A DNA stretch of 64,000 nucleotides from Tubulanus polymorphus (GCF_964204645.1 NC_134032.1:13628275-13692274), one strand, 5' to 3'. Positions 25,331 to 41,300 are shown, counted from the stretch's first letter. The notes: a model not told the origin generated them from the letters alone. Numbers and translations are program-made.

Positions 25331-25745
25331 TAGCCTATTGTCCAAAATTCTATCAATTACAACCGACTTTCAAGTGCAAGTTATAGAGGATTAAGAGTAG
25401 GTTGAAGAAGAATTAGTGTGGGAAGTGTTGAGAGATTAAGAGTTAGGTTGAAGAAGGAATATTTATACGTGCTATAAGTTGAGAAGAGTTTGTCAAAAGT
25501 TGGCTGTAACTGATAGGATTGAAGACACGTGGCAGTAGAATGAAGATGCAAATTAAGCGTAAATGAGATGTTTGGGCCGGGGAGAGGGAAGTGAGAGTTG
25601 TCCGAAGACAGTAGAGGGCAAGGGGAGGTAGGGGGAGGGAGGTAAGTCAAGAGGTGCATGGGGAAAGGAGGTAGAAGGTAACGTAAGGGGGGAAGGAGGG
25701 TTGAAGTTAGAACTGGCGTTTATTTTAGCGTGTTTGACTAATTCC
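25331..25745. repeat. G-rich cassette core and tail, copy 2
   Basis: Homologous to 2868-3155 and to the cassette 1 end (ggttgaagt.agaactgg.gttt). Confidence 0.9.
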
Positions 25746-25748
25746 ACT

Positions 25749-26240
25749 ATTCTGCAGCACTTGAAAGTCAAGTTCACCAGATAGTGTCTCACTGGGGGTT
25801 GATTCTGCAGCACTTGGATGTTGAGTTCACCAGTGTCTCACTGGGGGTAGATTCTTCAGCACTTGGATGTCGAGTTCACCAGACAGTGTCTCACTGGTGG
25901 TAGATTCTGCAGCACTTGGATGTCGAGATCACCAGACAGTGTCTCACTGGGGGTAGATTCTGCAGCACTTGGATGTCGAGTTTACCAAACAGTCTCTCAA
26001 TGGGGGTAGATTCTGCAGCACTTGGATGTCGAGTTCACCAGACAGTGTCTCACTGGTGGTAGATTCTGCAGCACTTGGATGTCGAGTTCACCAAACAGTC
26101 TCTCAATGGGGGTAGATTCTGCAGCACTCAAATGTTGAGTTCATCAGACTGTGTCTCACAGGGGGTAGATTCTGCAGCACTTGGATGTCCGGTACACCCA
26201 GACAGTGTCTCAATGGTTGAGTAGATTTTGCAGCACTCGA
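25749..26240. repeat. 53-bp minisatellite, ~9 copies
   Basis: Same unit family as 400-1210. Confidence 0.95.
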
Positions 26241-28479
26241 AATCCATTTGTGAAACTTCATCATGATGGCAATTCTATTCTGTATATCAGTTTTCAGTTC
26301 TTTGTGAATGATTCCACACAAGGCGTTTCTAAATTAATACAAACATGTTAAGGCCCAGAAAACGTACAAATTAGTCATTGAGGGCAGCCAAACAACGGGC
26401 ATTACTGATAATGGATGAAAGTGCAAACTTAGGAACTTACTAGAAATCGATGTTGAATGAATCGTCTGTTTGTGAATAGATGGCAAGAGAACATATTGCA
26501 GCATTTGATTGATCTGAAGGAAAAAATACTCTAAAGCTCATTTCTTAAGATGATTGACGATGAAATTGAATTCCAGTCTGATTACATACCACTTATGTTT
26601 CTATTGTAATCAACGATGGACTGTAAGTGTCAAGGGCTGCTACTGTTCAGGTACCTTCAATCAAAATAATGTTCGTAGGGACGTGTTAACTACATAGAGG
26701 ATCAACCTACACGGTGTTGAAAGGGAAATAAAATAAAACATTCTTCATGAATACATTTTCTTCAAACTAAGAAACCAATAGGGAAGATTTCCACTTTTCC
26801 GCAATTCTACTCACATTCTGCAGCATTGGATCCTGATTTCACCAGACAGTGTATCACTGGGGGTAGACGCTGTAGTTCTTGTAATTCATTTTTCATAGTG
26901 CTGATCTACGACATAGAATTTGAAATTCTTTATGAATACATATTCAAACGTAGAAACCAAAAGAGAGGATTACCAATTTTACACTTTTCTACTCACATTC
27001 TGCAGCGCTTGGACGCCGAATTCACCAGACAGTGTTTCACTAGGGGTAGATTCTGCACAACTTGGAATTCATTTATCATGTCATTGATCTTCATCAAATG
27101 GGAATGAACTGAAAATATGATTAAAGATTCATCACAAATTTATTTTCACACCTAGAGAACAATTGTAAAGATTTTCAATTTCCAATTTTACAAGTTTCTC
27201 CTCACATTCTTGAACACTTGGATTCACTGAGGGTCGAGTCTACAATAGTTGCATATCAAGTTGATCAGACAGCGTCTCACCAGTAATAGATTCTGCAGCA
27301 CTCTTAAATCCAATCGTGGAATCAATGTCGCATGAATGATCTGTTGGCGAATAGATGATGATATTGCAACTCATCTGAACCTCATCTGAAAGAAACAAAT
27401 GGATGAAAAATACACTTCAAAAGATGATTAATAATTTCTTTAATATGAAATTGAATTTCGGTCTGAACACAAACCACTTATATTTCTATCACAATCAACG
27501 ATGGACTGTAAGTGTCGAGGGCTGCTGCTGTTGAGGTCCCATTGATCAAAATATAAATCTCTGTTGACTTAAGAGAATCAGCATCTTTCATGGAACTGAA
27601 AATCTGAAAATAAAAGAAAAGATTCTCGATAAATACATTTTCAAATTTAGAAAAAAATTGGGATTTTCCAATATTACACTTCTACTCACATTCTGCAGTA
27701 CTAAAATACCAAGTTCACCACACATTGTCTCAGTAGGGGTCGATTCTGTAGGAGATTCTGTATCCATCTTACATGGTACTGAACATAGAATAAGAGAGTC
27801 TTCACGAATTCAATTTCTAACATAGAAATGGGGTGGATTTCAAATTCTTTGCATTTCTACTCACATTTTGTAGCACTTGGATGCAATTCAGCGAGTCAGC
27901 GAGTAGTAAGTAGATCAGCATCTCACCAGTGACAGATTCTGCAGCACTCTTGAATCCAATTGTGGAATTTGTGAATGATTCTACACCAGGGGTTTCTGTA
28001 TCAGTACAAAATTGCATAAAAGGTGAATATTTGCAAAAAAGGGAAGCCAAAAATGGGAATAAATGGTAATGGCTGATATCAAAATATGCTTTACTTTATC
28101 GGCATCAACGTTGAAGGAATGTTCTGTTTGTGAAGAGATGTTGAGAGAAGATATTTCAGCATCTAAAAACATGTAATAGATGGAAAACTCATTTCTAAAG
28201 ATAATTGATGAATTCTTTAAAAGAAAATTGAATTTCAGTCAGCATACATACCACATTTCGATTGTAATCAATGATGAACTGTAAGTGTCAGGGGCTTCTG
28301 CTGCTACTCAGACTTGATCAAAATAATGTTCTTTATGGACTTGTTCATTACTTAGAGGATCAACCTTTTACATCAAGTTGAACTGAAAATAAAATAAATC
28401 ATTTTTCATTAATTCATTTTCAAACATAGAAACCAATAGGAAGATATTCAAATTTCACTCTTTTCTACTCACATTCTGC

Positions 28480-29290
28480 AGCACTTGGACGTCAAGTTTA
28501 CCACGCAACTGTCTCACTGGGGACTCGTTCATTAAACGGTGAATCAACCTCTGATATGGTACTGAACTAAAAATGAAATTGCAGATTCTCGATAAATATA
28601 TTTTCAAACATAGAAACCAATAAGGAGGATTTCTAATTTTACACAATGCTAACCACACTCTGCAGCACTTGGATGTCAAGTTTACCACGCAACTGTCTCA
28701 CTGGGGACTCGTTTATTACATGGTGAATCAACCTCTGATATGGTACTGAACTGAAAATTAAATTGCAGATTCTATATTAAACATATATTCAAGAACATCG
28801 AAACCAATTAGATTTCTAATTTCACACAATCCTACTCACATTCTGCAGCACTTGGACGTCAAGTTTACCAGAAAGTAGGGGTATAGATTCTGCAGCACTT
28901 GGATGTCAAGTTTACCTGGCAACTCACTCACTGGGGACTCGTTCATTACATGGCGAGTCATCAACCTCTGATGTGGTACTGAACTAAAAATGAAATTGCA
29001 GATTCTCCATAAATATATTTTCAAACATAGAAACCAATAAGGGGGATTTTTAATTTTACACAATGCTAACCTCCACTCTGCAGCACTTGGATGTCAAGTT
29101 TACCAGGCAACTGTCTCACTGGGGACTCGTTCATTACATGGTGAGTCATCAATCTCTGATATGGTACTGAACTGAACTGAAAATGAAATTGCAGATTCTC
29201 CACTAAACACATATTCAAGAACATAGAAACCAATAAGATTTCTAATTTTACACCATTCTACTCACATTCTGTAGCACTTGGACGTCATGA
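28480..29290. repeat. ~180-bp tandem repeat, ~4 copies plus a short variant
   Basis: Same unit as 24075-24780. Confidence 0.88.
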
Positions 29291-29492
29291 TTACCGGGCA
29301 TTCTAACAGGGGGTAAATTCTGTGGAACTTCTTTAATCTGAACAAAAACAAAAGGAAATAGAAACAAAAAATACATTTTCATTTTCTCATTGACGTCGAA
29401 TTTTCAATTTGACTGCATTCATACTTATGCCATTGAATCAGCTGTAGATTGCAGTCATCAGTTTAGACAGGTTTCAGGAACTATATGTGGTT

Positions 29493-29830
29493 GTCGAGGG
29501 TGTGGGTTGAAGTCAGTAGCTGCAGTCGAGGGTGTGGGTGGAAGTCAGTAGCTGCAGTCGAGGGTGTGGGTGGAATTCGGGAGCTACAGTCGAGGGTTTG
29601 GGTGGAATTCAGGAGCTGCTGTCGAAGGGTGATGTGGAAGTCAGGAGCTGTGCATGGCAGTCGAGGGTTTGGGTGGAAGTCAGGAGATGCAGTCGAGGGT
29701 GTGGGTGGAAGTCAGGAGGTCTAGTCGAGGGTGTAAGTGGAAGTCGGGAGCTGTGCGTGGCAGTCGAGGGCTCGGATGGTTGTCGGAAGGTTTAGGTTGC
29801 AGTCAAGGGTTTTGACGGGTTTTCTAGAGG
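29493..29830. repeat. 32-bp G-rich minisatellite, ~10 copies (cassette 3)
   Basis: Same unit as 25085-25320. Confidence 0.9.
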
Positions 29831-29848
29831 TTTTGTGGGTGTAACTGA

Positions 29849-30265
29849 AGCCTATTGTCCAAAATTCTATCAATTACAACCGACTTTCAAGTGCAAGTTA
29901 TAGAGGATTAAGAGTAGGTTGAAGAAGAATTAGTGTGGGAAGTGTTGAGAGATTAAGTTAGGTTGAAGAAGGAATATTTATACGTGCTATAAGTTGAGAA
30001 GAGTTTGTCGAGAGTTGGCTGTAACTGATAGGATTGAAGACACGTGGCAGTAGAATGAAGATGCAAATTAAGCGTAAATGAGATGTTTGGGCCGGGGAGA
30101 GGAAGTGAGAGTTGTCAAGGTGACGGAAGACAGTAGAGGGCAAGGGGAGGTAGGGGGAGGGAGGTAAGTCAAGAGGTGCATGGGTAAAGGAGGTAGAAGT
30201 CAAGGTAAGGGGGAAGGAGGGTTGAAGTTAGAACTGGCGTTTATTGTAATGTGTTTGACTAATTC
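29849..30265. repeat. G-rich cassette core and tail, copy 3
   Basis: Near-identical to 25331-25745. Confidence 0.9.
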
Positions 30266-30268
30266 CAC

Positions 30269-30654
30269 GATTCTGCAGCACTTCAAGTCAAGTTCACCAG
30301 ATAGTGTCTCACTGGGGGTAGATTCTGCAGCACTTCAGTCAAGTTCACCAGATAGTGTCTCACTGGGGGTAGATTCTGCTGCACTTGGATGTCGAGTTCA
30401 CCAGACAGTGTCTCACTGGGGGTAGATTCTGCAGCACTTCAGTCAAGTTCACCAGATAGTGTCTCACTGGGGCTAGATTCTGCTGCACTTGGATGTCGAG
30501 TTCACCAGACAGTGTCTCACTGGGGGTAGATTCTGCAGCACTTGGACGTTGAGTTCATCGGACTGTGTCTCACAGGGGGTAGATTCTGCAGCACTTGGAT
30601 GTCCGGTACACCCAGACAGTGCCTCAATGGTTGAGTAGATTTTGCAGCACTCGA
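30269..30654. repeat. 53-bp minisatellite, ~7 copies
   Basis: Same unit family as 400-1210. Confidence 0.95.
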
Positions 30655-32399
30655 AATCCATTTGTGAAACTTCATCATGATGGCAATTCTATTCTGTATA
30701 TCAGTTTTCAGTTCTTTGTGAATGATTCCACACAAGGCGTTTCTAAATTAATACAAACATGTTAAGGCCCAGAAAACGTACAAATTAGTCATTGAGGGCA
30801 GCCAAACAACGGGCATTACTGATAATGGATGAAAGTGCAAACTTAGGAACTTACTAGAAATCGATGTTGAATGAATCGTCTGTTTGTGAATAGATGGCAA
30901 GAGAACATATTGCAGCATTTGGTTGATCTGAAGGAAAAAATACTCTAAAGCTCATTTCTTAAGATGATTGACGATGAAATTGAATTCCAGTCTGATTACA
31001 TACCACTTATGTTTCTATTGTAATCAACGATGGACTGTAAGTGTCAAGGGCTGCTACTATTCAGGTACCTTCAATCAAAATAATGTTCGTAGGGACGTGT
31101 TAACTACATAGAGGATCAACCTACACGGTGTTGAAAGGGAAATAAAATAAAACATTCTTCATGAATACATTTTCTTCAAACATAGAAACCAATAGGGAAG
31201 ATTTCCACTTTCAGCAATTCTACTCACATTCTGCAGCATTGGATCCTGATTTCACCAGACAGTGTCTCACTGGGGGTAGACGCTGTAGTACTTGTAATTC
31301 ATTTTTCATGGTGCTGATCTACGACATAGAATTTGAAATTCTTTATGAATACATATTCAAACGTAGAAACCAAAAGAGAGGATTTCCAATTTTACACTTT
31401 TCTACTCACATTCTGCAGCGCTTGGACGCCAAATTCACCAGACAGTGTTTCACTGGGGGTAGATTCTGCACAACTTGGAATTCATTTATCATGGCATTGA
31501 TCTTCATCAAATGGGAATGAACTAAAAATATAATTAAAGATTCATCACAAATTTATTTTCACACCTAGAAAACAATTGTAAAGATTTTAAATTACCACTT
31601 TTACAAGTTTCTCCTCACATTCTTGAACACTTGGATTCACTGAGGGTCGAGTCTACAATAGTTGCATATCAAGTTGATCAGACAGCGTATCACCAGTAAT
31701 AGATTCTGCAGCACTCTTACATCCAATCTGGGAATCAATGTCGCATGAATGATCTGTTGGCTGAACCTCATCTGAAAGAAACAAATGGATGAAAAATACA
31801 CTTCAAAAGATGATTAATAATTTCTTTAAAATGAAATTGAATTTGGGTCTGAATACAAACCAGTTATATTTCTATCACAATCAACAATGGACTGTAAGTG
31901 TCAAGGGCTGCTGCTGTTGAGGTCCCATTGATCAAAATAAAAATCTCTGTTGACTTGAGAGAATTAACCTCTTTCATGGAACTGAACTGAAAATCTGAAA
32001 ATAAAAGAAAAGATAAATACATTTTCAAATTAAGAAACAGATAGGAAGGATGGATTTTCCAATAATTATACTTTTAGTCTCATACCGCAGTACTAAAATA
32101 CCAAGTTCACCACACATTGTCTCAGTAGGGGTCGATTCTGTATGAGATTCTGTATCCATCTTATAAACATGGTACTGAACATAGAATAAGAGAGTCTTCA
32201 TGAATTTATTTCAAACAGAGAAACCAATAGGATGGATTTCGAATTTATTGCAATTCTACTCACATTCTACAGTACATGAATGCAATGCATACCAGACATA
32301 GTCTTGGGGGTTGATTCCGCAGCACTTGGAATCCATTTCACACGGCATTGACAACTGAAAAAAAAATGAAAGATTCATTTTGCATTTATTTTCAAACTT

Positions 32400-35300
32400 A
32401 GAAAACAAAAGGGAGAATTTCCAAATTACACGTTTCTCCTCACATTCTGTGGCATTTTGTCACATGAATGATCTGTTTGTGAATAGATGATGATATCGCA
32501 CTTCATCTGAAAGAAACAAATAAATGAGAAATACACTTCAATAGATGATTAATGATTTCTTTAAAAGAAAATTGATTTCAGTCTGAATACAAACCACATT
32601 TCTATCGTAATCAACAATGGACAGTAAGAGTCGGGGGCTGCTGCTGCTGCTCAGGCCAGGTCAAAATGACGTTCTTTATGGACTTGTTCATTACGAAGAG
32701 AGGATCAACCTTTTACATGATGTTGAACTGAAAATAAAACGAATCATTTTTCATTAATTTTCAAGCATAGAAACCAATAGGAAGATATTCCAGTTTCACA
32801 CTTTTCTACTCACATTCTACAGCACTTGGATATCAAGTTTACCAGAAAGTGTTTCACTAGGGGTAAATTCTGTAGCACTTGGAATCCATCTCTTATCGGA
32901 ATGAACTGTAAATATAATGAAAGATTCATTTTTCACACCTTGTAAACTAAAGGGTGGATTCTGAATTTCCATTTAAAAATTTCTTCTCACATTCTGTAGT
33001 ACTTAGATGCTGAGTTCACCAGACAAAGTCTCCCTGACGGTTGTTTCTACAATACTTTGATATGAAAGTTGCTAAGACAGCTTCTCACCAGTGACAGATT
33101 CTGCAGCACTCTGAATCCAACTGTGGAATTTGTAAATGATTCTACACCAGGCATTTCTAAATAAGTACAAAATTATATAGAAGATGAGTATTAAATGTGG
33201 TGGCCAAAAGTGGGCATAATTGATAATGGGTATCAAATTCATATATGATTTACTTGCAATCAATGTCACATGAATGGTCTGTTTGCAAATAGATGATGAT
33301 ATTGCACCTCATCTGAAAGAAACAAATAGATGGAAAATACACACTTCAATCAGATGATTAATAATTTCTTTAAAATGGAATTGAATTTCGGTCTGAACAC
33401 AAACCAGTTATATTTCTATCACAATCAACAATGGACTGTAAGTGTCAAGGGCTGCTGCTGTTGAGGTCCCATTGATCAAAATAAAAATTTCTGTTGACTT
33501 GAGAGAATAAACCTCTTTCATGGTACTGTAAAAGAAAAGATTCTCAATAAATACATTTTCAAATTTAGAAACTGATAGGTACGGGTTTTCAATAATTACA
33601 CTTTTACTCACATTCTGCAGCACTAAAATACCAAGTTCACCACATATTGTCTCAGTAGGGGTCGATTCTGTAGGAGATTCTGTATCCATCTTACATGGTA
33701 CTGAACATAGAATAAGAGAGTTTTCACGAATTCAATTTCAAACATAGAAACCAATGGGGTGGATTTCAAATTCTTTGCATTTCTACTCACATTCTGCAGC
33801 ACTTGGATACAATGCATACCGGACAGAGTCTCACTTGGGGGTTGATTCCGCAGCACTTGGAATACATTTCACACGGCATTGACAACTGAAAATAAAATGA
33901 CAGATTCATTTTGAATATATTTTCAAACTTAGAAAACAAAAAGAATTTTTAATTTCCAATTTTACACATTTCTCCTCGCATTCTGTGGCACTTCCATGCT
34001 GAGTTCCTCAGACAGTCTCACTGAGGGTCGAGTCTACAATACTTGCATATTGTTGATCAGTCAGCAAGTTGCAAGTTGATCAGCTTCTCACCAGTGACAG
34101 ATTGTGCAGCACTCTGAATCCAATTGTGGAATTTGTGAACAATTCTACACCAGACATTTCTAAATCAGAACAAAATTGTATAAAAGGTGAATATTTGCAA
34201 AAAAGGAAGCCAAAAATGGGAATAATTGGTAATGGCTGATATCAAGCTGATATCAAACTTTGAAAATATACTTTACTTTATCGGTATCAATGTTGAAGGA
34301 ATGTTCTGTTTGTGAAGAGATGTTGAGAGAAGATATTTCAGCACCTAAAAACATAAAATAGATGAAAAACTCATTTCTAAAGATGATATGACTTCCTTAA
34401 AAGAAAATTGAATTTTGGTCTGAATATACATACCACTTATATTTTGATTGTTATCAACGATGATTAGTTTCGGGGGGCTGCTGCTGCTAGACTAGATCAA
34501 AATGATGTTCTTTATGGACTTGTTCATTACATAGAGGATCGACCTTTAACATGACGTTGAACTGGAAATAGAATAAAACATTCTCCATTAATTCATATTC
34601 AAACATAGAAACCAATAGGGAGGATTCCAATGTCACACTATTCTACTAACATTCTACAGCACTTGAACGTCAAGTTTACCAGAAAGTGTTTCACTAAGGG
34701 TAAATTCTGCAGCACTTGGAATCCAACTCTCATGGGAACAAACTGAAAACATAATGAAAGATTCATCACAAATATATTTTCACTCCTAGAAAACAAAATG
34801 GGGTCCAAGATTACACATTTCTTCTCACATACTGTAGCACACCGATGCCGAGTTCACCAGTCTCTAACTGATGGTAGATTCTACAACTCTCGGATATCAA
34901 GTTGATCAGACAGCGTCTTACCGGCAACAGATTCTGCAGCACTTTGAATCCAATTGTGGAATGTGTGAACGATTCTACACCAGTCGTTTCTAAATAAGTA
35001 CAGAATTATATAGGAGATGAGTATTATCCTAAAGTGGCAGCCAAACGAAGCATAATTGATAATGGATATCAAACTCATATATGATTTACTTGGAATCAAT
35101 GTCGCATGAATGGTCTGTTTGCAAATAGATGATGATATTGCACCTCATCTGAAAGAAACAAATGGATGAAAAATACACACTTCAAAAGATGATTAATAAT
35201 TTCTTAAAGATGAAATTGAATTTCGGTCTGAATACAAACCAGTTATATTTCTATCATAATCAACGATTGACTGTTAAGCATCAAGGGCTGCTGCTGTTGA

Positions 35301-38300
35301 GGTCCCATTGATCAAAATAAAAATTTCTGTTGACTTGAGAGAATCAACCTCTTTCATGGTACTGAACTGAAAATAAAAGAAAAGATTCTCAATAAATACA
35401 TTTTCAAATTTAGAAACTGATAGGTATGGGTTTTCAATTCTACTCACATACTGCAGTACTAAAATACCAAGTTCACCACAGATTGTCTCAGTATGGGGTC
35501 GATTCTGTAGGTGATTCTGTATCCATCTTACTAACATGGTACTGAACATAGAATAAGAGAGTCTTCACGAATTCTATTTCAAACATAGAAACTTATGGGG
35601 TGGATTTCAAATTCTTTGCATTTCTACTCACATTCTGCAGCACTTGGATACAATGCATACCGGACAGAGTCTCACTTGGGGGTTGATTCTGCAGCACTTG
35701 GAATACATTTCACACAGCAATGAACTGAAAAATAAAATGGAAGATTGATTTTTGAATATATTTTCAAACTTAGAAAACAAAAAGGAGAATTTTTGATTTC
35801 CAATTTTACACATTTCTCCTCACATTCTGTGGCACTTCCATGCCGAGTTCCTCAGACAGTCTCACTGAGGGTCGAGTCTACAATACTTGCATATTGTTGA
35901 TCAGTCAGCGAGTTGCAAGTTGATCAGCTTCTCACCAGTGACAGATTCTGCAGCACTCTGAATCCAATTGTGGAATTTGTGAACAATTCTACACCAAACA
36001 TTTCTAAATCAGAACAAAATTGTATAAAAGGCGAGTATTTGCAAAAAAAGGGAAGCCAAAAATGGGAATATATGGTAATGGCTGATATCAAAATATGCTT
36101 TACTTTATCGGAATCAATGTTGAAGGAATGATCTGTTTGTGAAGAGATGTTGAGAGAAGATATTTCAGCATCTAAAAACATAGAATAGATGAAAAACTCA
36201 TTTCTAAAGATGATATGACTTCCTTAAAAGAAAATTGAATTTTGGTCTGAATATACATACCACTTATATTTTGATTGTTATCAACGATGATTAGTTTCGG
36301 GGGGCTGCTGCTGCTAGACTAGATCAAAATGATGTTCTTTATGGACTTGTTCATTACATAGAGGATCGACCTTTAACATGACGTTGAACTGGAAATAGAA
36401 TAAAACATTCTCCATTAATTCATTTTCAAACATAGAAACCAATAGGGAGGATTCCAATGTCACACTATTCTACTAACATTCTACAGCACTTGACCGTCAA
36501 GTTTACCAGAAAGTGTTTCACTAAGGGTAAATTCTGCAGCACTTGGAATCCAACTCTCATGGGAACAAACTGAAAATATAATGAAAGATTCATCACAAAT
36601 ATATTTTCACTCCTAGAAAACAAAATGGGGTCCAAGATTACACATTTCTTCTCACATACTGTAGCACACCGATGCCGAGTTCACCAGTCTCTAACTGATG
36701 GTAGATTCTACAACTCTCGGATATCAAGTTGATCAGACAGCGTCTTACCAGCAACAGATTCTGCAGCACTTTGAATCCAATTGTGGAATTTGTGAACGAT
36801 TCTACACCAGTCGTTTCTAAATAAGTACAGAATTATATAGGAGATGAGTATTATCCTAAAGTGGCAGCCAAACGAAGCATAATTGATAATGGATATCAAA
36901 CTCATATATGATTTACTTGGAATCAATGTCGCATGAATGTTCTGTTTGTGAATAGATGATGATATTGCACCTCATCTGAAAGAAACAAATAGATGAAAAA
37001 TACACACTTCAAAAGATGATTAATAATTTCTTCTAAATGAAATTGAATTTCGGTCTGAACACAAACCACTTATATTTCTATCACAATCAACGATGACTGT
37101 AAGTGTCAAGGGCTGCTGCTGTTGAGGTCCCATTGATCAAAATAAAAATCTCTGTTGACTTGAGAGAATCAACCTCTTTCATGGTACTGAACATCTGAAA
37201 GTAAAAGAAAAGATTCTCAATAAATACATTTTCAAATTTAGAAACTGATAGGTACGGGTTTTCAATAATTACACTTCTACTCACATACTGCAGCACTAAA
37301 ATACCAAGTTCACCACACATTGTCTCAGTAGGGGTCGATTCTGTAGGTGATTCTGTATCCATCTTACTAACATGGTACTGAACATAGAATAAGAGAGTCT
37401 TTACGAATTTATTTTCAAACATAGAAACAAATAGGATGGATTTCGAATTTATTGCAATTCTACTCACATTCTGCAGTAAATGGATGCAATGCATACCAGA
37501 CAGAGTCTTGGGGGTTGATTCCGCAGCACTTGGAATCCATTTCACACGGCATTGACAACTGAAAATAAAATGAGAGATTCATTTTGCATTTATTTTCAAA
37601 CTTAGAAAACAAAAGGGAGAATTTCCAAATTACACGTTTCTCCTCACATTCTGTGGCATTTTGTCACATGAATGATCTGTTTGTGAATAGATGATGATAT
37701 CGCACCACATCTGAAAGAAACAAATAAATGAAAAATACACTTCAATAGATGATTAATGATTTTTTTAAAAGAAAATTGATTTCGGTCTGAATACAAACCA
37801 CATTTCTATCGTAATCAACAATGGACAGTAAGAGTCGGGGGCTGCTGCTGCTGCTCAGGCCAGGTCAAAATGACGTTCTTTATGGACTTGTTCATTACGA
37901 AGAGAGGATCAACCTTTTACATGATGTTGAACTGAAAATAAAATAAATCATTTTTCATTAATTTTCAAGCATAGAAACCAATAGGAAGATATTCCAGTTT
38001 CACACTTTTCTACTCACATTCTACAGCACTTGGATATCAAGTTTACCAGAAAGTGTTTCACTAGGGGTAAATTCTGTAGCACTTGGAATTCATCTCTTAT
38101 CGGAATGAACTGTAAATATAATGAAAGATTCATTTTTCACACCTTGTTAACTAAATGGTGGATTCTGAATTTCCATTTAAAAATTTCTTCTCACATTCTG
38201 TAGCACTTGGATGCTGAGTTCACCAGACAAAGTCTCCCTGACGGTTGTTTCTACAAAACTTTGATATGAAAGTTGCTAAGACAGCTTCTCACCAGTGACA

Positions 38301-41300
38301 GATCCTGCAGCACTTCGAATCCAATTGTGGAATTTGCAAATGATTCCATACCAGGCATTTCTAAATAAGTACAAAATTATATAGAAGATGAGTATTAAAT
38401 GTGGTGGCCAAAAGCGGGCATAATTGATAATGGGTATCAAATTCATATATGATTTACTTGCAATTAATGTCACATGAATGATTTGTTTGTGAATAGATGA
38501 TGATATTGCACCTCATCTGAAAGAAACAAATAGATGAAAAATACACTTCAAAAGATGATTAATTATTTCTTTAAAATGAAATTGAATTTCTGTCTGAATA
38601 CAAACCACTTATATTTCTATCATAATCAACAATGGACTGTAAGTACAAAGCTGCTGCTGTTAAGGTCCAATTGATCAAAATAAAAATCTATGGTCACTTG
38701 AGAAAATTAACCTCTTTCATGGAACTGAACTGAAAATCTGAAAATAAAAGAAAAGATTCTCGATAAATACATTTTCAAATTTAGAAACCGATAGGGAGGA
38801 TTTTCCAATATTACACTTCTACTCACATTCTGCAGTACTAAAATACCAAGTTCACCACACATTGTCTCAGTAGGGGTCGATTCTGTAGGTGATTCTGTAT
38901 CCATCTTACTAACATGGTACTGAACATAGAATAAGAGAGTCTTTATGAATTCAATTTCAAACATAGAAACCAATGGGGTGGATTTCAAATTCTTTGCATT
39001 TCTACTCACATTCTGCAGCACTTGGATACAATGCATACCGGACAGAGTCTCACTTGGGGGTTGATTCTGCATCACTTGGAATCCATTTATCACGGCAATA
39101 AACTGAAAATAAAATGAAAGATTGATTTTTTAATATAACTTAGAAAACAAAAGGGGAATTCATAATTTCCTAATTACACTTTTCTCCTCACATTCTGTGG
39201 CACTTGCATGCTGAGTTCATCAGACAGTCTCACTGAGGGTCGAGTCTACAATAGTTGCATGTCAAGTTGATAAGACAGGGTCTCACCAGTGACAGATTCT
39301 GCAGCAATTTGAATCCAATTGTGGAATTTGTGAACGATTCTACACCAGGCGTTTCTAAATCAGTACAAAATTATATAAAAAGTGAGTATTATCCAAAAGT
39401 GGAAGCCAAAAATGGGAATAATTGGTAAATGGCTGATATCAAACTTTGATAATATGTTTTACTCACTCAGAATCAATGTCAAATGAATGTTCTGTTTGTG
39501 ACAAGATGTTGAGAGAAGAGATTTCAGCATCTAAAAACATAAAATAGATGAAAAACTCATTTCTTAAGATGATTGATCATTTTGGTCTGAGTACATACCA
39601 CTTATAATTTCGATTGTAATCGTAGTGCTGCTGCTGCTGCTGCTGCTGCTCCTCAGGCCATATCAAAATGATGTTCTGTATGGACTTACTTGTTCATTAC
39701 TTAGAGAATCAGCCTTTTACATGGTATTGAACTGAAAATAGAATAAAACATTCCCAATTGATTTATTTTCAAACATAGAAACCAATAGGGAGGATTTCCA
39801 ATTTTACACAATTCTACTCACACGCTGCAGCACTTTGAATCCAATTGTGTAATTTGTAAATGATTCCACACCAGGCACTTCTAAATAAGTACAAAATTAT
39901 ATAGAAGATGAGTATTAGCTAAATGGGGCAGCCAAAAGCGGGCATAATTGATGATGGATATCAAATTCATATATGATTTACTTGCAATCAATGTCGCATG
40001 AATGATCTGTTTGTGAATAGATGGTGATATGGCACCTCATCTGAAAGAAACAAATAGATGAAAAATACACACTTCAAAAGATGATTAATCATTTCGTTAA
40101 AATGAAATTGAATTTCTGTCTGAATACAAACCACTTATATTTCGATCACAATCAACAATGGACTGTAGGCTGCTGCTGTTGAGGTCCCATTGATCAAAAT
40201 AAAAATTTCTGTTGACTTGAGAGAATCAACCTCTTTCATGGAACTGAACTGAAAATAAAAGAAAAAGATTCTCGATAAATACATTTTCAAATTCAGAAAC
40301 CGATAGGGAGGGTTTCCAATATTACACTTCTACTCACATTTTGCAGCACTAAAATACCAAGTTCACCACATATTGTCTCAGTAGGGGTCGATTCTGTAGG
40401 AGTTTCTATATACATCTTGGTACTGAACATAGAATAAGAGTCTTCATGTATTCATTTTCAAACATAAAAACAAATAGAAAGGATTTCGAATTTTTTGCAA
40501 TTCTAATCACATTCTTTGGATGTCAAGTTTACCGGAGAGTCTTACTGGGGATAGATTTTGTAGCATTTGAAATCCATCTCTCACAGGAATGGACTGTAAA
40601 TATAATGAAAGATTCATTTTTCACACCTTGTAAACAAAAGGGTGGATTTTAAATTTGCAATTTAACATTTCTTCTCACATTCTGTAGCACTTCTCACAGT
40701 CTGTAGCACTTGGATGCTGAGTTCACCAGACAAAGTCTCCCTGACGGTTGTTTCTACAATACTTTGATATGAAAGTTGCTAAGACAGCTTCTCACCAGTG
40801 ACAGATTCTGCAGCACTTCGAATCCAATTGTGGAATTTGTAAATGATTCCACACCAGGTGTTTCTAAATAAGTACAAAATTATATAGAAGATGAGTATTA
40901 GCTAAAAGTGGCAGTGGGCATAATTGATAATGGATATAAAATTCATATATGATTTACTTGCAATCAATGTCGCATGAATGTTCTGTTTGTGAATAAATGA
41001 CGATATTGCACCTCATCTGAAAGAAACCAATAGATGAAAAATACACACTTCAAAAGATGATTAATAATTTCTTTAAAATGAAATTGAATTTCGGTCTGAA
41101 TACAAACCAGTTCTATCATAATCAACAACGGACTGTTAGTGTCAAGGGCTGCTGCTGTTGAGGTCCAATTGATCAAAATAAAAATCTCTGTTGACTTGAG
41201 AGAATTAACCTCTTTCATGGAACTGAACTGAAAATCTGAAAAGAAAAGATAAATACATTTCAAATTTAGAAACTGATAGGGAGGATGGATTTTCCAATAT

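Larger units (their letters stand above)
24250..31960. repeat. ~4.41-kb-offset segmental duplication (about 24250-27550 vs 28690-31960)
   Basis: Paired ORF ends 26321/30735 and 27107/31520; the same order of 180-bp array, cassette, 53-bp array and a diagnostic deletion junction. Confidence 0.9.

Noticed and set aside
38495-38605. Box C/D snoRNA-like pattern on the plus strand (ATGATGA..CTGA..ATGATTA..CTGA)
   Set aside because: The first CTGA is the antisense of the TCAG acceptor, the box C motif is missing in many modules, and I see no recognisable rRNA guide. A snoscan or small-RNA check would settle it.
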